Shown here: in pieces, positions 47,072 to 56,537 of the stretch | Layout of the letters: each line of letters begins with the position of its first letter | Position numbering within the stretch: position 1 is the stretch's first letter | Assembly: GCA_028281765.1 (NCBI GenBank) | Contig: JANQJF010000024.1 | Location: 9,883-73,882 of the forward strand | Origin: Planctomycetota bacterium | GTDB taxonomy: Bacteria; Planctomycetota; UBA1135; UBA2386 | Direction: 5' to 3' | DNA: 64,000 nucleotides | Notes under the pieces: generated by a model | What the model saw: only the letters and a program-made list of their open reading frames with translations | What the model was told of the DNA's origin: nothing | The model's database searches: none | Translations under genes and position numbers: made by a program

Positions 47072-49003
47072 ATGAACCCATTCTCGAAGACACTTCTCGC
47101 CTGCGCTCTCCTGCTGCCGGTGAGCGTCGTCGCCCAGGACAAGAAGGCGCCGGATCCCACCGGGGCCGCCAAGCTCGCCGCGCTGCTGCAAGACCTGGAA
47201 TCGCTCGCACCCGACGCGTGGAACCAGCGCGTGCAGGAACTCGAGACCAAGATCGCGGCGCACGGCAAGGCCGCGGCGGACCTGCGCAAGCGCGCGAAGG
47301 AGCTGCAGTCGAAGGCCACGCGCGAGGACGACGCCGCGAAGGCCGTGCGCGCGGAGATCGAGCGACTGCGTTCGCTGATGGCGCTCGTGAAGCCGAAGGG
47401 CAAACCGACCCCGAAGAAGGCTCCGGCAAAGAAGGTCGCGGAGGCGACCGCAGCGAAACCGAAAGCGAAGCCGAAGGCCGCGATGAAGAAGGCGCCTGCA
47501 AAGAAGCCGGCACCGAAGAAGAAGGCCGCGCCCAAGAAGGCGACACCGAAGAAGCAGGCGCCGAAGAAGGCGACTCCGAAGAAGAAGGCCCCGCCACCGG
47601 CGATGGCCGCCGCGGCCGCACCGAAGGCAAAGAACGTGGCGCCCGCGAAAGCCGCCCCACCTCCGAAGGTTCAGGTCGTCTCCTACGTCGAACATCTCCA
47701 GCCGCTTCTCGAGGAACGCTGCACGGTCTGCCACGACGAGGAGGACTCGAGCGGTGGCCTCGATCTCAGCACCTACGGCCGCGCGATCGAGGGCGGCAGC
47801 TCCGGCGCGACGATCGCGCCCGGCAACCCCGAAGGCAGCCGACTGTTCTTGATGGTGTCGAAGCAAGAACGCCCCTTCATGCCGAAGGACGACGACCCGC
47901 TGAGCAAGGCCGAGGTCGAAATGATCCGTGCATGGATCGCGCTCGGCGCGCCCGAGGACACCGCGAGCGCCGAAGCCGCGGCGGAGAAGCTGCGGAAGAA
48001 ACTCAGCGAAGAAGCGGCGCAGCGCGCCGCGCCGCAACCGACCAACGCGCCGGTCATGCCGCAGAACTGGAAGCCCGTCGCGCTGACCGAGGTCGTGCGA
48101 CCGCCCGCCGTCAAGACGATCGCGAGTAGCCCCCACGCCCCGCTCGCGGCGATCGCTGGACAGCACCAGGTCCTGCTCGTCCACACCGAGTCGCTCGAGA
48201 CGATCGGCGTTCTGCCGTTCGCCCTCGGCCAGGTCGAAGTGCTTCGCTTCACGAGCGACGGCAGGAAGCTGCTTGCGGCCGGTGGCCGGCCCGGCAAGCG
48301 TGGCGGCGCGATCCTGTTCGACGTGGCCACGGGCCACGCGATCGCCGAGTTCGGCCCCGAGCGTGACACGGTACTCGCGGCCGCGATCAGCCCGGGCCAG
48401 TCCATCGTCGCGCTCGGCGGGCCGAGCCGCCGCGTGCGCGCGTACGCCACCGAGACCGGCGAACGTCTCTACGAGATCCGCGCGCACAACGACTGGGTGC
48501 TGAGCGCCGACATCAGCCCGGACGGCAACTACCTCGTGACGACGGACCGCGCCGGCATCGTGCAGGTGCACGAGGCCGACACGGGCCGCGACGTGCACAC
48601 GATCAACCCGAAGGGCGGCTCCGCGAACGCGGTCGCGTTTCGGCCAGACGCCAAGGCGTTCGCCGTCGGCACGCACGACGGTCGCGTGCGCAGCTACGAG
48701 ATCGGCGACGGCAAGCAACTCTGGAGCAAGGTCCACGGCCGCGACGCGGTGCTGGGTCTCGCGTGGTCGATTGACGGCTCACTCACGACGTGCGGAGTCG
48801 ACGGCCGCGCCCGTCGCTGGAACCGCAACGGCGGCGAACTCGCGCGCTCACCCGCACTGAAGGAGTGGGCCTACAGCGTCGCGTGGTCGACGTCGAAGCG
48901 CACGCTCGTCGGCGACTGGGCCGGGCGCGTGCACGTGCTCGACGCGACGGGGAAGAAGGTCGACACGGCGATTCAGCCCGCGGTCGCGGGACCGTCGTCG
49001 TAG
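47072..49003 (+). CDS. Planctomycete cytochrome c + WD40 repeat protein with coiled coil and K/A/P-rich linker
   Basis: LEERCTVCHD..GGLDL, AHNDWVLSADISPDG. Confidence 0.9.
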   Translation: MNPFSKTLLACALLLPVSVVAQDKKAPDPTGAAKLAALLQDLESLAPDAWNQRVQELETKIAAHGKAAADLRKRAKELQSKATREDDAAKAVRAEIERLRSLMALVKPKGKPTPKKAPAKKVAEATAAKPKAKPKAAMKKAPAKKPAPKKKAAPKKATPKKQAPKKATPKKKAPPPAMAAAAAPKAKNVAPAKAAPPPKVQVVSYVEHLQPLLEERCTVCHDEEDSSGGLDLSTYGRAIEGGSSGATIAPGNPEGSRLFLMVSKQERPFMPKDDDPLSKAEVEMIRAWIALGAPEDTASAEAAAEKLRKKLSEEAAQRAAPQPTNAPVMPQNWKPVALTEVVRPPAVKTIASSPHAPLAAIAGQHQVLLVHTESLETIGVLPFALGQVEVLRFTSDGRKLLAAGGRPGKRGGAILFDVATGHAIAEFGPERDTVLAAAISPGQSIVALGGPSRRVRAYATETGERLYEIRAHNDWVLSADISPDGNYLVTTDRAGIVQVHEADTGRDVHTINPKGGSANAVAFRPDAKAFAVGTHDGRVRSYEIGDGKQLWSKVHGRDAVLGLAWSIDGSLTTCGVDGRARRWNRNGGELARSPALKEWAYSVAWSTSKRTLVGDWAGRVHVLDATGKKVDTAIQPAVAGPSS

Positions 49004-49057
49004 CGCACGCGGACCGAACGGCGCTTCGCCGCAGACCCGGCGAGCGCGAGACGACGC

Positions 49058-49669
49058 TTACGCGTCGCCTTCAGGTGCCGGTTCGTCGCCGCCTTCGGCG
49101 TCGCCTTCGGCATCACCGCCAGCCTTCGGCGCGGACATGTGGCAGATCACGGTGTCCTCTTCGCCTTCGGGGATCGTGACGCCGTCCGGCAGCGGCAGGT
49201 CCTTGAACTTGATCGCATCGCCGAGGTCCATGTCCTTGACCGCGACTTCGATCGTGTCCGGCACGGCGTGCGGCAGCGAGTCGACTTCGATCGCGTCCTT
49301 GTCCTTGATGAGCTCACCACCGCGCGAAGCGCCGGCCGGGTGGCCGAGGTAGGCGAGGTCGACGATGACGCGGATCGGCTTGTCGAGATCGATGCGGCGC
49401 AGGTCGATGTGCAGCGGCTGGTCCGTCAGCACGTCGAACTGGATGTCCTGCAGGAAGACCCCTTGGGTCTTGCCGTCCATCTCGAGTCGGAACACGCGGT
49501 GGTGCTTGCGCAGCTCACGCGCGAGATCGGCTTCGTCGAGCGACAGGTTCACCGAGCCGAGCTCGCCGCCGTAGATGACGCAGGGCACGCGGCCGTTTTC
49601 ACGCAGGCGCGCGACCTGGTTCGAGCCGACGGCATCGCGCTTTTCGACTTGCAGGGTCGTGACTTCCAT
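49058..49669 (-). CDS. rplY: 50S ribosomal protein L25/CTC
   Basis: RLRENGRVPCVIYG, QFD..PLHIDL; follows prs. Confidence 0.93.
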   Translation of the reverse strand: MEVTTLQVEKRDAVGSNQVARLRENGRVPCVIYGGELGSVNLSLDEADLARELRKHHRVFRLEMDGKTQGVFLQDIQFDVLTDQPLHIDLRRIDLDKPIRVIVDLAYLGHPAGASRGGELIKDKDAIEVDSLPHAVPDTIEVAVKDMDLGDAIKFKDLPLPDGVTIPEGEEDTVICHMSAPKAGGDAEGDAEGGDEPAPEGDA

Positions 49670-49710
49670 GATCAGGGTCCTCTTACAGTGTCAGAATTCT
49701 CAGGGTCGGC

Positions 49711-50664
49711 TCACAGCCGAGCATCAGGGTCGAACAGCGAGCTGACGCTTTCGCTGCGATGGATTCGGTCGATGGCCCGCGCCAGGAGCGGCGCGATCGA
49801 GACCATCTCGATCTTCTCCGGCAGCCCCTCCTTGGGCGGGATGCTGTCGGTGAAGAGGCACCTCTCGGCGGGGCACGCCTCGAGCTTCTCGACGGCGGAG
49901 CCACAGAGCACCGCGTGGCTCGCGACGATGAACACGCGCCGTGCGCCGCGCTCCTTCATGATCCGCGCCGCGCCGGAAATCGAGCCGCCGGTCGAGACCA
50001 TGTCGTCGACGAGCACGACGTCGCGGTCCTTCACTTCACCGACGACGTTCTCGACGATGGTCTCGGAGCCGCTGAGTCGACGCTTGTCCACGATCGCGAT
50101 CTCGGTGCCGAGCTCCTTCGCATACGCGCGCGCGAGCTTGGTGCCCCCGACGTCCGGCGACACGACGACCGGCTTTTCGGCGCCGAGCGCGCGCATCTTG
50201 TCCATCAGCACCGGGCGTGCGAACAGGTGGTCCACCGGAATGTCGAAGAAGCCCTGGATCTGCGCCGCGTGCAGATCGACCGACACGACGCGATCCGCGC
50301 CGGCGGTGGTCAACAGGTCCGCGACGAGCTTCGCGTTGATCGGCACGCGCCCCTCGTCCTTGCGGTCCTTGCGAGCGTAGCCGTAGTACGGAATGACCGC
50401 GGTGATGCGATCGGCCGAGGCGCGCTTCAAGCAGTCGATGAACGACAGCAGCTCGAACAGGTTGACGTGCACCGGCGGGCAGGTCGGCTGCACGACGAAC
50501 ACGTCCGCGCCGCGCACGTCGCAGTCGACCTTCAGGTTGATCTCGCCGTCCGGGAACGGCTCGAGCGTCGAGTCGCCGAGCGGCGTGCCCATGTGGGAAC
50601 AGATGTCGCGCGCCAGCTGAGGGTGCGCGGTCCCGGTGAAGATCCTGAGCCGATCGCCTCTCAC
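49711..50664 (-). CDS. prs: Ribose-phosphate pyrophosphokinase
   Basis: FPDGEI, PYYGYARKDRK, DLHAAQIQGFF, VSPDVGG, VDDMVSTGGS. Confidence 0.97.
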   Translation of the reverse strand: MRGDRLRIFTGTAHPQLARDICSHMGTPLGDSTLEPFPDGEINLKVDCDVRGADVFVVQPTCPPVHVNLFELLSFIDCLKRASADRITAVIPYYGYARKDRKDEGRVPINAKLVADLLTTAGADRVVSVDLHAAQIQGFFDIPVDHLFARPVLMDKMRALGAEKPVVVSPDVGGTKLARAYAKELGTEIAIVDKRRLSGSETIVENVVGEVKDRDVVLVDDMVSTGGSISGAARIMKERGARRVFIVASHAVLCGSAVEKLEACPAERCLFTDSIPPKEGLPEKIEMVSIAPLLARAIDRIHRSESVSSLFDPDARL

Positions 50665-51941
50665 TTGTCGCCTCCGTCGGTCGCAGCGCGAGCGCGCAGG
50701 GGTTTCGCCGGCACGCCGACGTAAGTCTCGCCTTCGCCGATCGACGTGCCGCGCGTCACGATCGCGCCAGCACCCGTCGAAGAGCCCGGTCCCATCGTCA
50801 TCGGCGCGACGAGCACGGTGCCGCTGCCGACGAAGGCGCCGTCGCCGATCGTCGTCTGGTGCTTGTGCTTGCCGTCGTAGTTCGCCGTGATCGTGCCGCA
50901 GCCGATGTTCGCATCGCTGCCGAGCACCGCATCGCCGAGGTAGGTCAGGTGCTTCGCCTTCGTGCCCTCGCCGATGTGCGCCTTCTTGGTCTCGACGAAG
51001 TTGCCGACCTCGGCACGGTTCTCGAGCTTGGTGCCGACGCGCAGGTGGCTGAACGGTCCGACCTCGCAGTGCTCACCGATCACGACGCCGCTGTGGATCA
51101 CGGTGCACGGCAGCACGCGCGTGTCGCGACCGATCGTCACGCCGTGGTCGATGTAGGTCGACGCCGGGTCGTCGATGATGACACCGTTGCCGAGGTGCTC
51201 GAGCAGAATACGCTCACGCATGATCTGCGTCGCGAGCGACAGCTGGCGCAGGTCGTTGATGCCGGTGACGTCCTCGGGATCGTCCGCGGCGACGGTGACG
51301 ACGGCCTGGCCATCGTCGAGCAGCGCGAACACCGTGTCGGTCAGGTAGAGCTCACCCTGCGCGTTGTCGTCACTCAGCCCCGCGAGAAGCGGACGCAGTC
51401 CCGCGGCGTCGTAGCAGTAGAAGCCCGCGTTGATCTCGTCGATCGTGCGCTCGGCGTCGGAGCAGTCGCGCTCCTCGCGAATGCCGAGCATCTCGCCTTC
51501 CGAGCCGCGCAGGATGCGGCCGAGACCGGTCGGATCGTCGGGGTAGGCGGTCAGCACCGACGCGCCCGCCGAGCCGCGCGCATCTCGCAGCGCCTGCAGG
51601 GTGTCGGCGGTCATCAGCGGCACGTCCCCGTAGACGATCATCACGTCGCCGTCGAAGTCCGCGAGCGCTTCCATCGCGACCTGCACCGCGTGGCCCGTAC
51701 CGCGCGGTTCGCCCTGGTCGACGATCGCCAGGCCGTCGCGATCCGCCAACGTCTCCTCGATCCGCTCCTTGCCGTGGTGCAGCACGACCACCGTCCGGTC
51801 CGCGCGGAGCTCGGCGACGGTATCGAGCACGGTCGCCAACAAGGTACGACCGCACAATGGCAGTAACACCTTGGGGACACTGACCTTAGTGCGAGTACCA
51901 AGGCCTGCGGCGAGCACGACGACCGCGAGTGGACGGGACAT
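50661..51941 (-). CDS. glmU: Bifunctional GlcNAc-1-P uridyltransferase/acetyltransferase
   Basis: LAAGLGTR, GTGHAV, YGDVP, NAQGELYLTD, GNFVETK, HLTYLGD, ITANYDG. Confidence 0.95.
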   Translation of the reverse strand: MSRPLAVVVLAAGLGTRTKVSVPKVLLPLCGRTLLATVLDTVAELRADRTVVVLHHGKERIEETLADRDGLAIVDQGEPRGTGHAVQVAMEALADFDGDVMIVYGDVPLMTADTLQALRDARGSAGASVLTAYPDDPTGLGRILRGSEGEMLGIREERDCSDAERTIDEINAGFYCYDAAGLRPLLAGLSDDNAQGELYLTDTVFALLDDGQAVVTVAADDPEDVTGINDLRQLSLATQIMRERILLEHLGNGVIIDDPASTYIDHGVTIGRDTRVLPCTVIHSGVVIGEHCEVGPFSHLRVGTKLENRAEVGNFVETKKAHIGEGTKAKHLTYLGDAVLGSDANIGCGTITANYDGKHKHQTTIGDGAFVGSGTVLVAPMTMGPGSSTGAGAIVTRGTSIGEGETYVGVPAKPLRARAATDGGDK

Positions 51942-51996
51942 GAGAGGACGGGCCCCGCGGCGCCGGATGGCAGCGGGAGAGGAAATTGGGGCGCGG

Positions 51997-52025
51997 ATTG
52001 TCCGGACCGGCCCCGCCGGGGTCAA
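51997..52025 (-). promoter_or_regulatory. Putative sigma70 promoter of glmU-prs-rplY
   Basis: TTGACC-N17-GACAAT on minus strand. Confidence 0.6.
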
Positions 52026-52095
52026 GAGCGGGTTCCGACGGTTCCCGGACGCCCTACGGCCGGCCCGGCCCCCGTGCCGATGAAACCCTCAGGGA

Positions 52096-53475
52096 ATGGG
52101 GAACATCGTCTTCGGAGCGCCGACGATTCGGCAATACCACCTGCACGGTCTGCTCGCGCAATCGCTGATGCGACGCGGCCACCGCGTGACCGTGCTCGCC
52201 GAAGACCCCGTCACACAAAGGTTTTACGACGCCCAAGGGCTGAGGACGCGGCTCCTGCCCCAGCAGACCGCGACCGCCGAGCTGCGCGGCATGCCGCTCG
52301 AAGCGGCGGCTCTCCGCGACTGCCGACTCGCGGGGATCGCGAACCCCGGCCCCGGCCGCCTCGAGCGCGTGCGCGCGCGCCTCGCCCGGTTCGTGCCGGG
52401 CCTGCTCCGCTACTTCTGCGTCGAGACGCCGGACCTGGTCCTGATCCACGATCGCCGCACGGGTCTCCACCGGCTGATCCAGTACATCGCCAAGGAGTTC
52501 GGCGCCGACATCCTCCACACGGCGCCCGGCCTGCTGCCCGGAACGATGCAGTGGGACGAAGACGGCATCGACGCCGACTCCTCCCGATGCCGACGCAACG
52601 CGAAGGCCTACACGCGACGACCACGCGACGAGATGTTCTTGATGGCGGCCCTCGCCGCGGTGCTCGGCGGCGTCGGCGCGACTCCGACCGAACGCAGTCG
52701 CGTCCAGGTTCCGGGCCTGCGCGACCGCATGCGCGCGATGCTGAGCGCGCTCCGGCGCGGTCAGCTCGGACCCGCCTACCACGCCATGACCGCTTGGCAG
52801 CGCGCTCACGCCCAGGCCGAAGCCGCCGCGCGTGATGCTGAGCCTCTGCCGGAGAGCCCATTCGTCGCCGTGATGCTGCAAGAGGGCGACGAAGCATCGA
52901 TGCGCGTCGACGCCGTCGATGCGCCCAATCACGAGCAGCTCGTGATCGCGACGCAGGCCGCGACGTTCGCCGTCGACTCGAGCATCCCGACCGCGATCGT
53001 GCCGCCGCGCTCCGGATTGTCTCGCGACGTCGAGCAAGCGATCCGCAGTCGCCCCGGCCGCTTCGTCGTCTGCTCACCCGACGACGCGATGCTCGCGCTG
53101 ACGACCGCGCTCGCCGTCACGACGGTCCACCACCCGCACAGCCTCGCGGCGATCCTCGCCGGCACGCCCGTCTTGCACACCGGCAGCGCGCTGTTCGAGC
53201 ACGCCGAGGTCGCGACGAAGACGACGACCGATCGACTGCGCTTCGATCTCGCCCAGGCGATCGAACGACCGAATCCGCCCTGGCGAGAGAGCTATCTGAC
53301 CCACACACTCGTGTACGATCACGTGTGGTGCGACGCGGAGGAGCCCGACGACAACGGACTCGGCGGCCTCGTCCAGCACATCGAGCATCGGATCGCCGCG
53401 TCTGCGGCAGAGTCGCCCGAAGTGCACTACCGCGCCGGACCGGTGTGGCCGCTACTGACGACGACGGAGGAGTGA
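52096..53475 (+). CDS. Capsule synthesis KpsS/LipB-like protein (divergent)
   Basis: GLLPGTMQWDEDGIDADSS, FVAVMLQEGDE, AILAGTPVLHTGSALF. Confidence 0.65.
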   Translation: MGNIVFGAPTIRQYHLHGLLAQSLMRRGHRVTVLAEDPVTQRFYDAQGLRTRLLPQQTATAELRGMPLEAAALRDCRLAGIANPGPGRLERVRARLARFVPGLLRYFCVETPDLVLIHDRRTGLHRLIQYIAKEFGADILHTAPGLLPGTMQWDEDGIDADSSRCRRNAKAYTRRPRDEMFLMAALAAVLGGVGATPTERSRVQVPGLRDRMRAMLSALRRGQLGPAYHAMTAWQRAHAQAEAAARDAEPLPESPFVAVMLQEGDEASMRVDAVDAPNHEQLVIATQAATFAVDSSIPTAIVPPRSGLSRDVEQAIRSRPGRFVVCSPDDAMLALTTALAVTTVHHPHSLAAILAGTPVLHTGSALFEHAEVATKTTTDRLRFDLAQAIERPNPPWRESYLTHTLVYDHVWCDAEEPDDNGLGGLVQHIEHRIAASAAESPEVHYRAGPVWPLLTTTEE

Positions 53476-53488
53476 CATCCGCATCCTG

Positions 53489-54562
53489 ATGACATGCGAC
53501 GCACTGCGCGAGCCGGTGCGTGGAGTCGGCCGCGTGTGCGAAACGCTGCTGCCGAAGCTGTCGTCCGATGCGACCCCCGTCACGCCGCTCGACGTCGCGG
53601 ACAACCGCAGGGCGAGCGAACTCGCGGGTCACGAGTGCGCGGTGATCCCCGCGCCGATCGGCCCGGCCAAGACGGCGCGCTGGCACGCGACGCTGCTGCG
53701 CCGGATCGCGCGCGCCGGCATCGAGCACGACGTGCTGCTGAGCATGTCGGGTTTTCCGCTCGTGTTCGGCGATCACGAGCGCGCGTGCATGTGGATCCAC
53801 GATCTGCACATGCTCGAGCCCGGCTTCTACCAGCCTGGCAAGCGCATCTGGTTCCAGGCGTTCTTGCGGCGCAGTCTGCAGAAGTCCGCCCTGCGCATCT
53901 GCGTTTCGGAGTTCACGAAGCGCGAACTCGAGCGACGGTTCCCCGAGCTGGACCCGGCGCACAACGTCGTCGTTCACAACGCGGTGCCGACGAACTTCAC
54001 TCCCGAGACCGCCGCGATCGATGGCGGACGGCGCGGACACTTCCTGTTCGTCGGTCAGCTGGAGCGCCGCAAGAATCTGTCGCGCTTGCTCGTCGCATGG
54101 AGCGCAGCGCGCGCGGCCGGCGTCGAAGGGGAACTCCGCATCGTCGGCCGTCGTGGCCCCGGCGCCGAGGCGATCCTCGAGCAGGCCGCTGCACTCGACA
54201 GCGTCCACGTCCACACGAACGCGGACGACCGCGAGCTGCACGAGCTCTACTCGGGCGCGAAGGCCGTGCTGCTGCCGTCGCTTCACGAGGGCTTCGGCAT
54301 CCCGGCGATCGAAGCGATGCAAGCCGGCAAGCCGGTGCTGACGTCGAAGGGCACGGCGCTCGAAGAAGTCACCGCCGACGCCGCGCTGCTCGTCGAGCCG
54401 ACGAGCACGACGGCGATTCGCGACGGCATCCTCGCGCTCGATCGAAACGCGGAGCTGCGCGGAGAGCTCGTCGCGCGCGGCCACGAACGCGCGTCGCGCT
54501 TCACGCCGGACGCGCAGGCGACGGCACTGCGCGACGCGCTGACAGAGCGATTCCGGATTTGA
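53489..54562 (+). CDS. GT4-family glycosyltransferase
   Basis: IHDL, VSEFTK, FVGQLERRKN, PSLHEGFGIPAIEAM. Confidence 0.93.
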   Translation: MTCDALREPVRGVGRVCETLLPKLSSDATPVTPLDVADNRRASELAGHECAVIPAPIGPAKTARWHATLLRRIARAGIEHDVLLSMSGFPLVFGDHERACMWIHDLHMLEPGFYQPGKRIWFQAFLRRSLQKSALRICVSEFTKRELERRFPELDPAHNVVVHNAVPTNFTPETAAIDGGRRGHFLFVGQLERRKNLSRLLVAWSAARAAGVEGELRIVGRRGPGAEAILEQAAALDSVHVHTNADDRELHELYSGAKAVLLPSLHEGFGIPAIEAMQAGKPVLTSKGTALEEVTADAALLVEPTSTTAIRDGILALDRNAELRGELVARGHERASRFTPDAQATALRDALTERFRI

Positions 54563-54599
54563 GCTAACGGACGGATCGCACATCCGATGTGATAGCGGC

Positions 54600-56009
54600 A
54601 TGTCCGCCGCGACCGCGATCCTCGTCACGCTCGTCGTCTACAAGGTCGTGCTGCTCGCGATCGGCTTCGTCGCGGAACGCTGGACGCGCGACCAGGCCGA
54701 CTTCGTGCTCGGCGGCCGCGGCCTCGGACCGCTCGTCGCCGCAATCAGCGCGTCCGCGAGTTCGTCGTCGGTCTGGACCCTGCTCGGCGTCAGCATGTAC
54801 GCCTACAACTCGGGCCTGTCCGCGATCTGGCTGTTCCCTGCGTGCGTCGGCGGCTTCGCGCTCAACTGGTACGTCATCGCGCCGCGACTCCGCCGCCACA
54901 GCCTGCAGACCGGGACGCTGACGCTGACCGAAGTGCTCGCCGGCTCGAAGGATCGCTCCGGCTACCGCGCGATCATGGTGCTGGCGTCGCTGATGATCCT
55001 CTTCGCGCTGATGGTCTACGTCGCGGCGCAGCTGCAGGGCGCGGGCAAACTGTTCTCGTCCGTCCTGGAAGACCTGACCGAAGAGCCACCGTCGGCGACT
55101 TGGATGATCATCGTCGGCGCGGCGATCGTCGTCGCGTACACGATCCTGGGTGGCTTCTGGGCCGTGAGCATCACCGACACGCTCCAGGGACTGATGATGG
55201 CGCTGACTGCGGTCGTCCTGCCGATCGCCGCAGTCGCGGAGCTCGGCATGAGCGAACTCTGGAGCGGGATCGGAAACGTCGAGGATGCGGGGTTCGACGA
55301 GCTGTTCGGTGACCGCGCCGGTTTCGCCGCGTGCATCGGCTTCGTGGCCGGACTCCTCGGCATCGGACTCGGCTACCCCGGGCAACCGCACGTCGTCAAT
55401 CGCTTCATGGCGCTGCGCGACGACGCCGCGGTCGTCTCGGCGCGACGCTACGCCATGGCCTGGGCCATCCTCGTCTACACCGGGATGATCACGCTCGGCC
55501 TCGCGGGTCGTGTCCTGCACAGCCGGCTCGGCGAAGGAGAGGAGATCTTCTTCGTGCTGACGACCGAGCTGTTCTCACCCGTGATCGCCGGAGTCATGGT
55601 CGCAGCCGTGCTTTCCGCGATCATGTCGACCGCCGACAGCCAGCTGCTGGTCGGGGCGTCGTCGATCACCAATGATCTCGCGCCGGGCCGCGGCAACGAC
55701 CTGGCGCGCTCCCGCATCGTCGTGCTGCTACTGACCGCGGCTTCCGTCGCCGCCGCGGTCGTGATGCCGAAGGAGATCTTCGACAACGTGCTGTTCGCGT
55801 GGGCCGCGATGGGTGCGGCGTTCGGTCCGGTGCTGTTCTTCGTGCTGTGGAAGGGTGGGCTCTCGGCGCCGGCGACGCTGGCGACCATGGTCGTCGGATT
55901 CGTCGCCGCCGTGTCGGCCCACGTCGCGGGCGCACCGGGCTGGGTCAAACAAGTCGTGCCCTACGTGCTCGCGTTCGTGGTCGCGATCGCGATGCGCGCG
56001 CGACGCTGA
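54600..56009 (+). CDS. Sodium:solute symporter, PutP-like
   Basis: DFVLGGRGLGP, YTILGGFWAVSITD, GLGYPGQPH..RFMA, LSAIMSTADSQLL. Confidence 0.92.
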   Translation: MSAATAILVTLVVYKVVLLAIGFVAERWTRDQADFVLGGRGLGPLVAAISASASSSSVWTLLGVSMYAYNSGLSAIWLFPACVGGFALNWYVIAPRLRRHSLQTGTLTLTEVLAGSKDRSGYRAIMVLASLMILFALMVYVAAQLQGAGKLFSSVLEDLTEEPPSATWMIIVGAAIVVAYTILGGFWAVSITDTLQGLMMALTAVVLPIAAVAELGMSELWSGIGNVEDAGFDELFGDRAGFAACIGFVAGLLGIGLGYPGQPHVVNRFMALRDDAAVVSARRYAMAWAILVYTGMITLGLAGRVLHSRLGEGEEIFFVLTTELFSPVIAGVMVAAVLSAIMSTADSQLLVGASSITNDLAPGRGNDLARSRIVVLLLTAASVAAAVVMPKEIFDNVLFAWAAMGAAFGPVLFFVLWKGGLSAPATLATMVVGFVAAVSAHVAGAPGWVKQVVPYVLAFVVAIAMRARR

Positions 56010-56030
56010 GCCCAATGAAACGCGCAATGA

Positions 56031-56047
56031 GCGGCGCAGAAATTGCA
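56031..56047 (+). promoter_or_regulatory. Putative sigma54 promoter of the nap-hao operon
   Basis: CGGCGCAGAAATTGCA, exact GG-N10-GC with TTGC. Confidence 0.45.
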
Positions 56048-56180
56048 ATGTGTGGGGACGCCCGTCGCCGCATTGCTCATGCGCCCCACCCGATCCGAAG
56101 CCCCCGTTTCTCTCGGACACGCGTCTCGAACGCGCTCCTCGCGGATCGAGACCACCCTACGGGCCGACGATCGGGATCGC

Positions 56181-56537
56181 GTGGCGCACGATGCGAAGGC
56201 GGGCAAGCCTGCCCCGCGAGCCGAGGCGCTTAGCACCGCTGAGACCTCGGCTCGCAGTTCTGATAGTTCGACCCCCGCCGTCGTCGTCGGTGCGCTCGCC
56301 CGAGTCGACGTGTCCCAGCGCGAGTCGGTGATCGCCGCGCTCGCACGCCTGCCGGGCGTGTCGACCTTCGCCATCGCCGACGACATGCAGCTCGGCGTCC
56401 TGTTCGAAGACGACTCGCTCGAGGGTGCGCATGCGCGCCTCCAACAGGACGTGAACCCGACGCCGGGCGTTCTCGCGGTGTGGCCCGTGGCGGTCGAACT
56501 CGACGATCCCGACCCCGTGAAGCCGGAGGCCCCATGA
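56181..56537 (+). CDS. napD: NapD-like chaperone (start uncertain: 56079 or 56181)
   Basis: VVVGALARV..ALARLPGV..LGVLFE..PGVLAV; ATGA overlap with napA. Confidence 0.7.
   Translation: MAHDAKAGKPAPRAEALSTAETSARSSDSSTPAVVVGALARVDVSQRESVIAALARLPGVSTFAIADDMQLGVLFEDDSLEGAHARLQQDVNPTPGVLAVWPVAVELDDPDPVKPEAP

Noticed and set aside
47390-47670. Repeated CCGAAGAAG words as a CRISPR or DNA repeat array
   Set aside because: In-frame PKK codons with no repeat-spacer periodicity and no cas genes.
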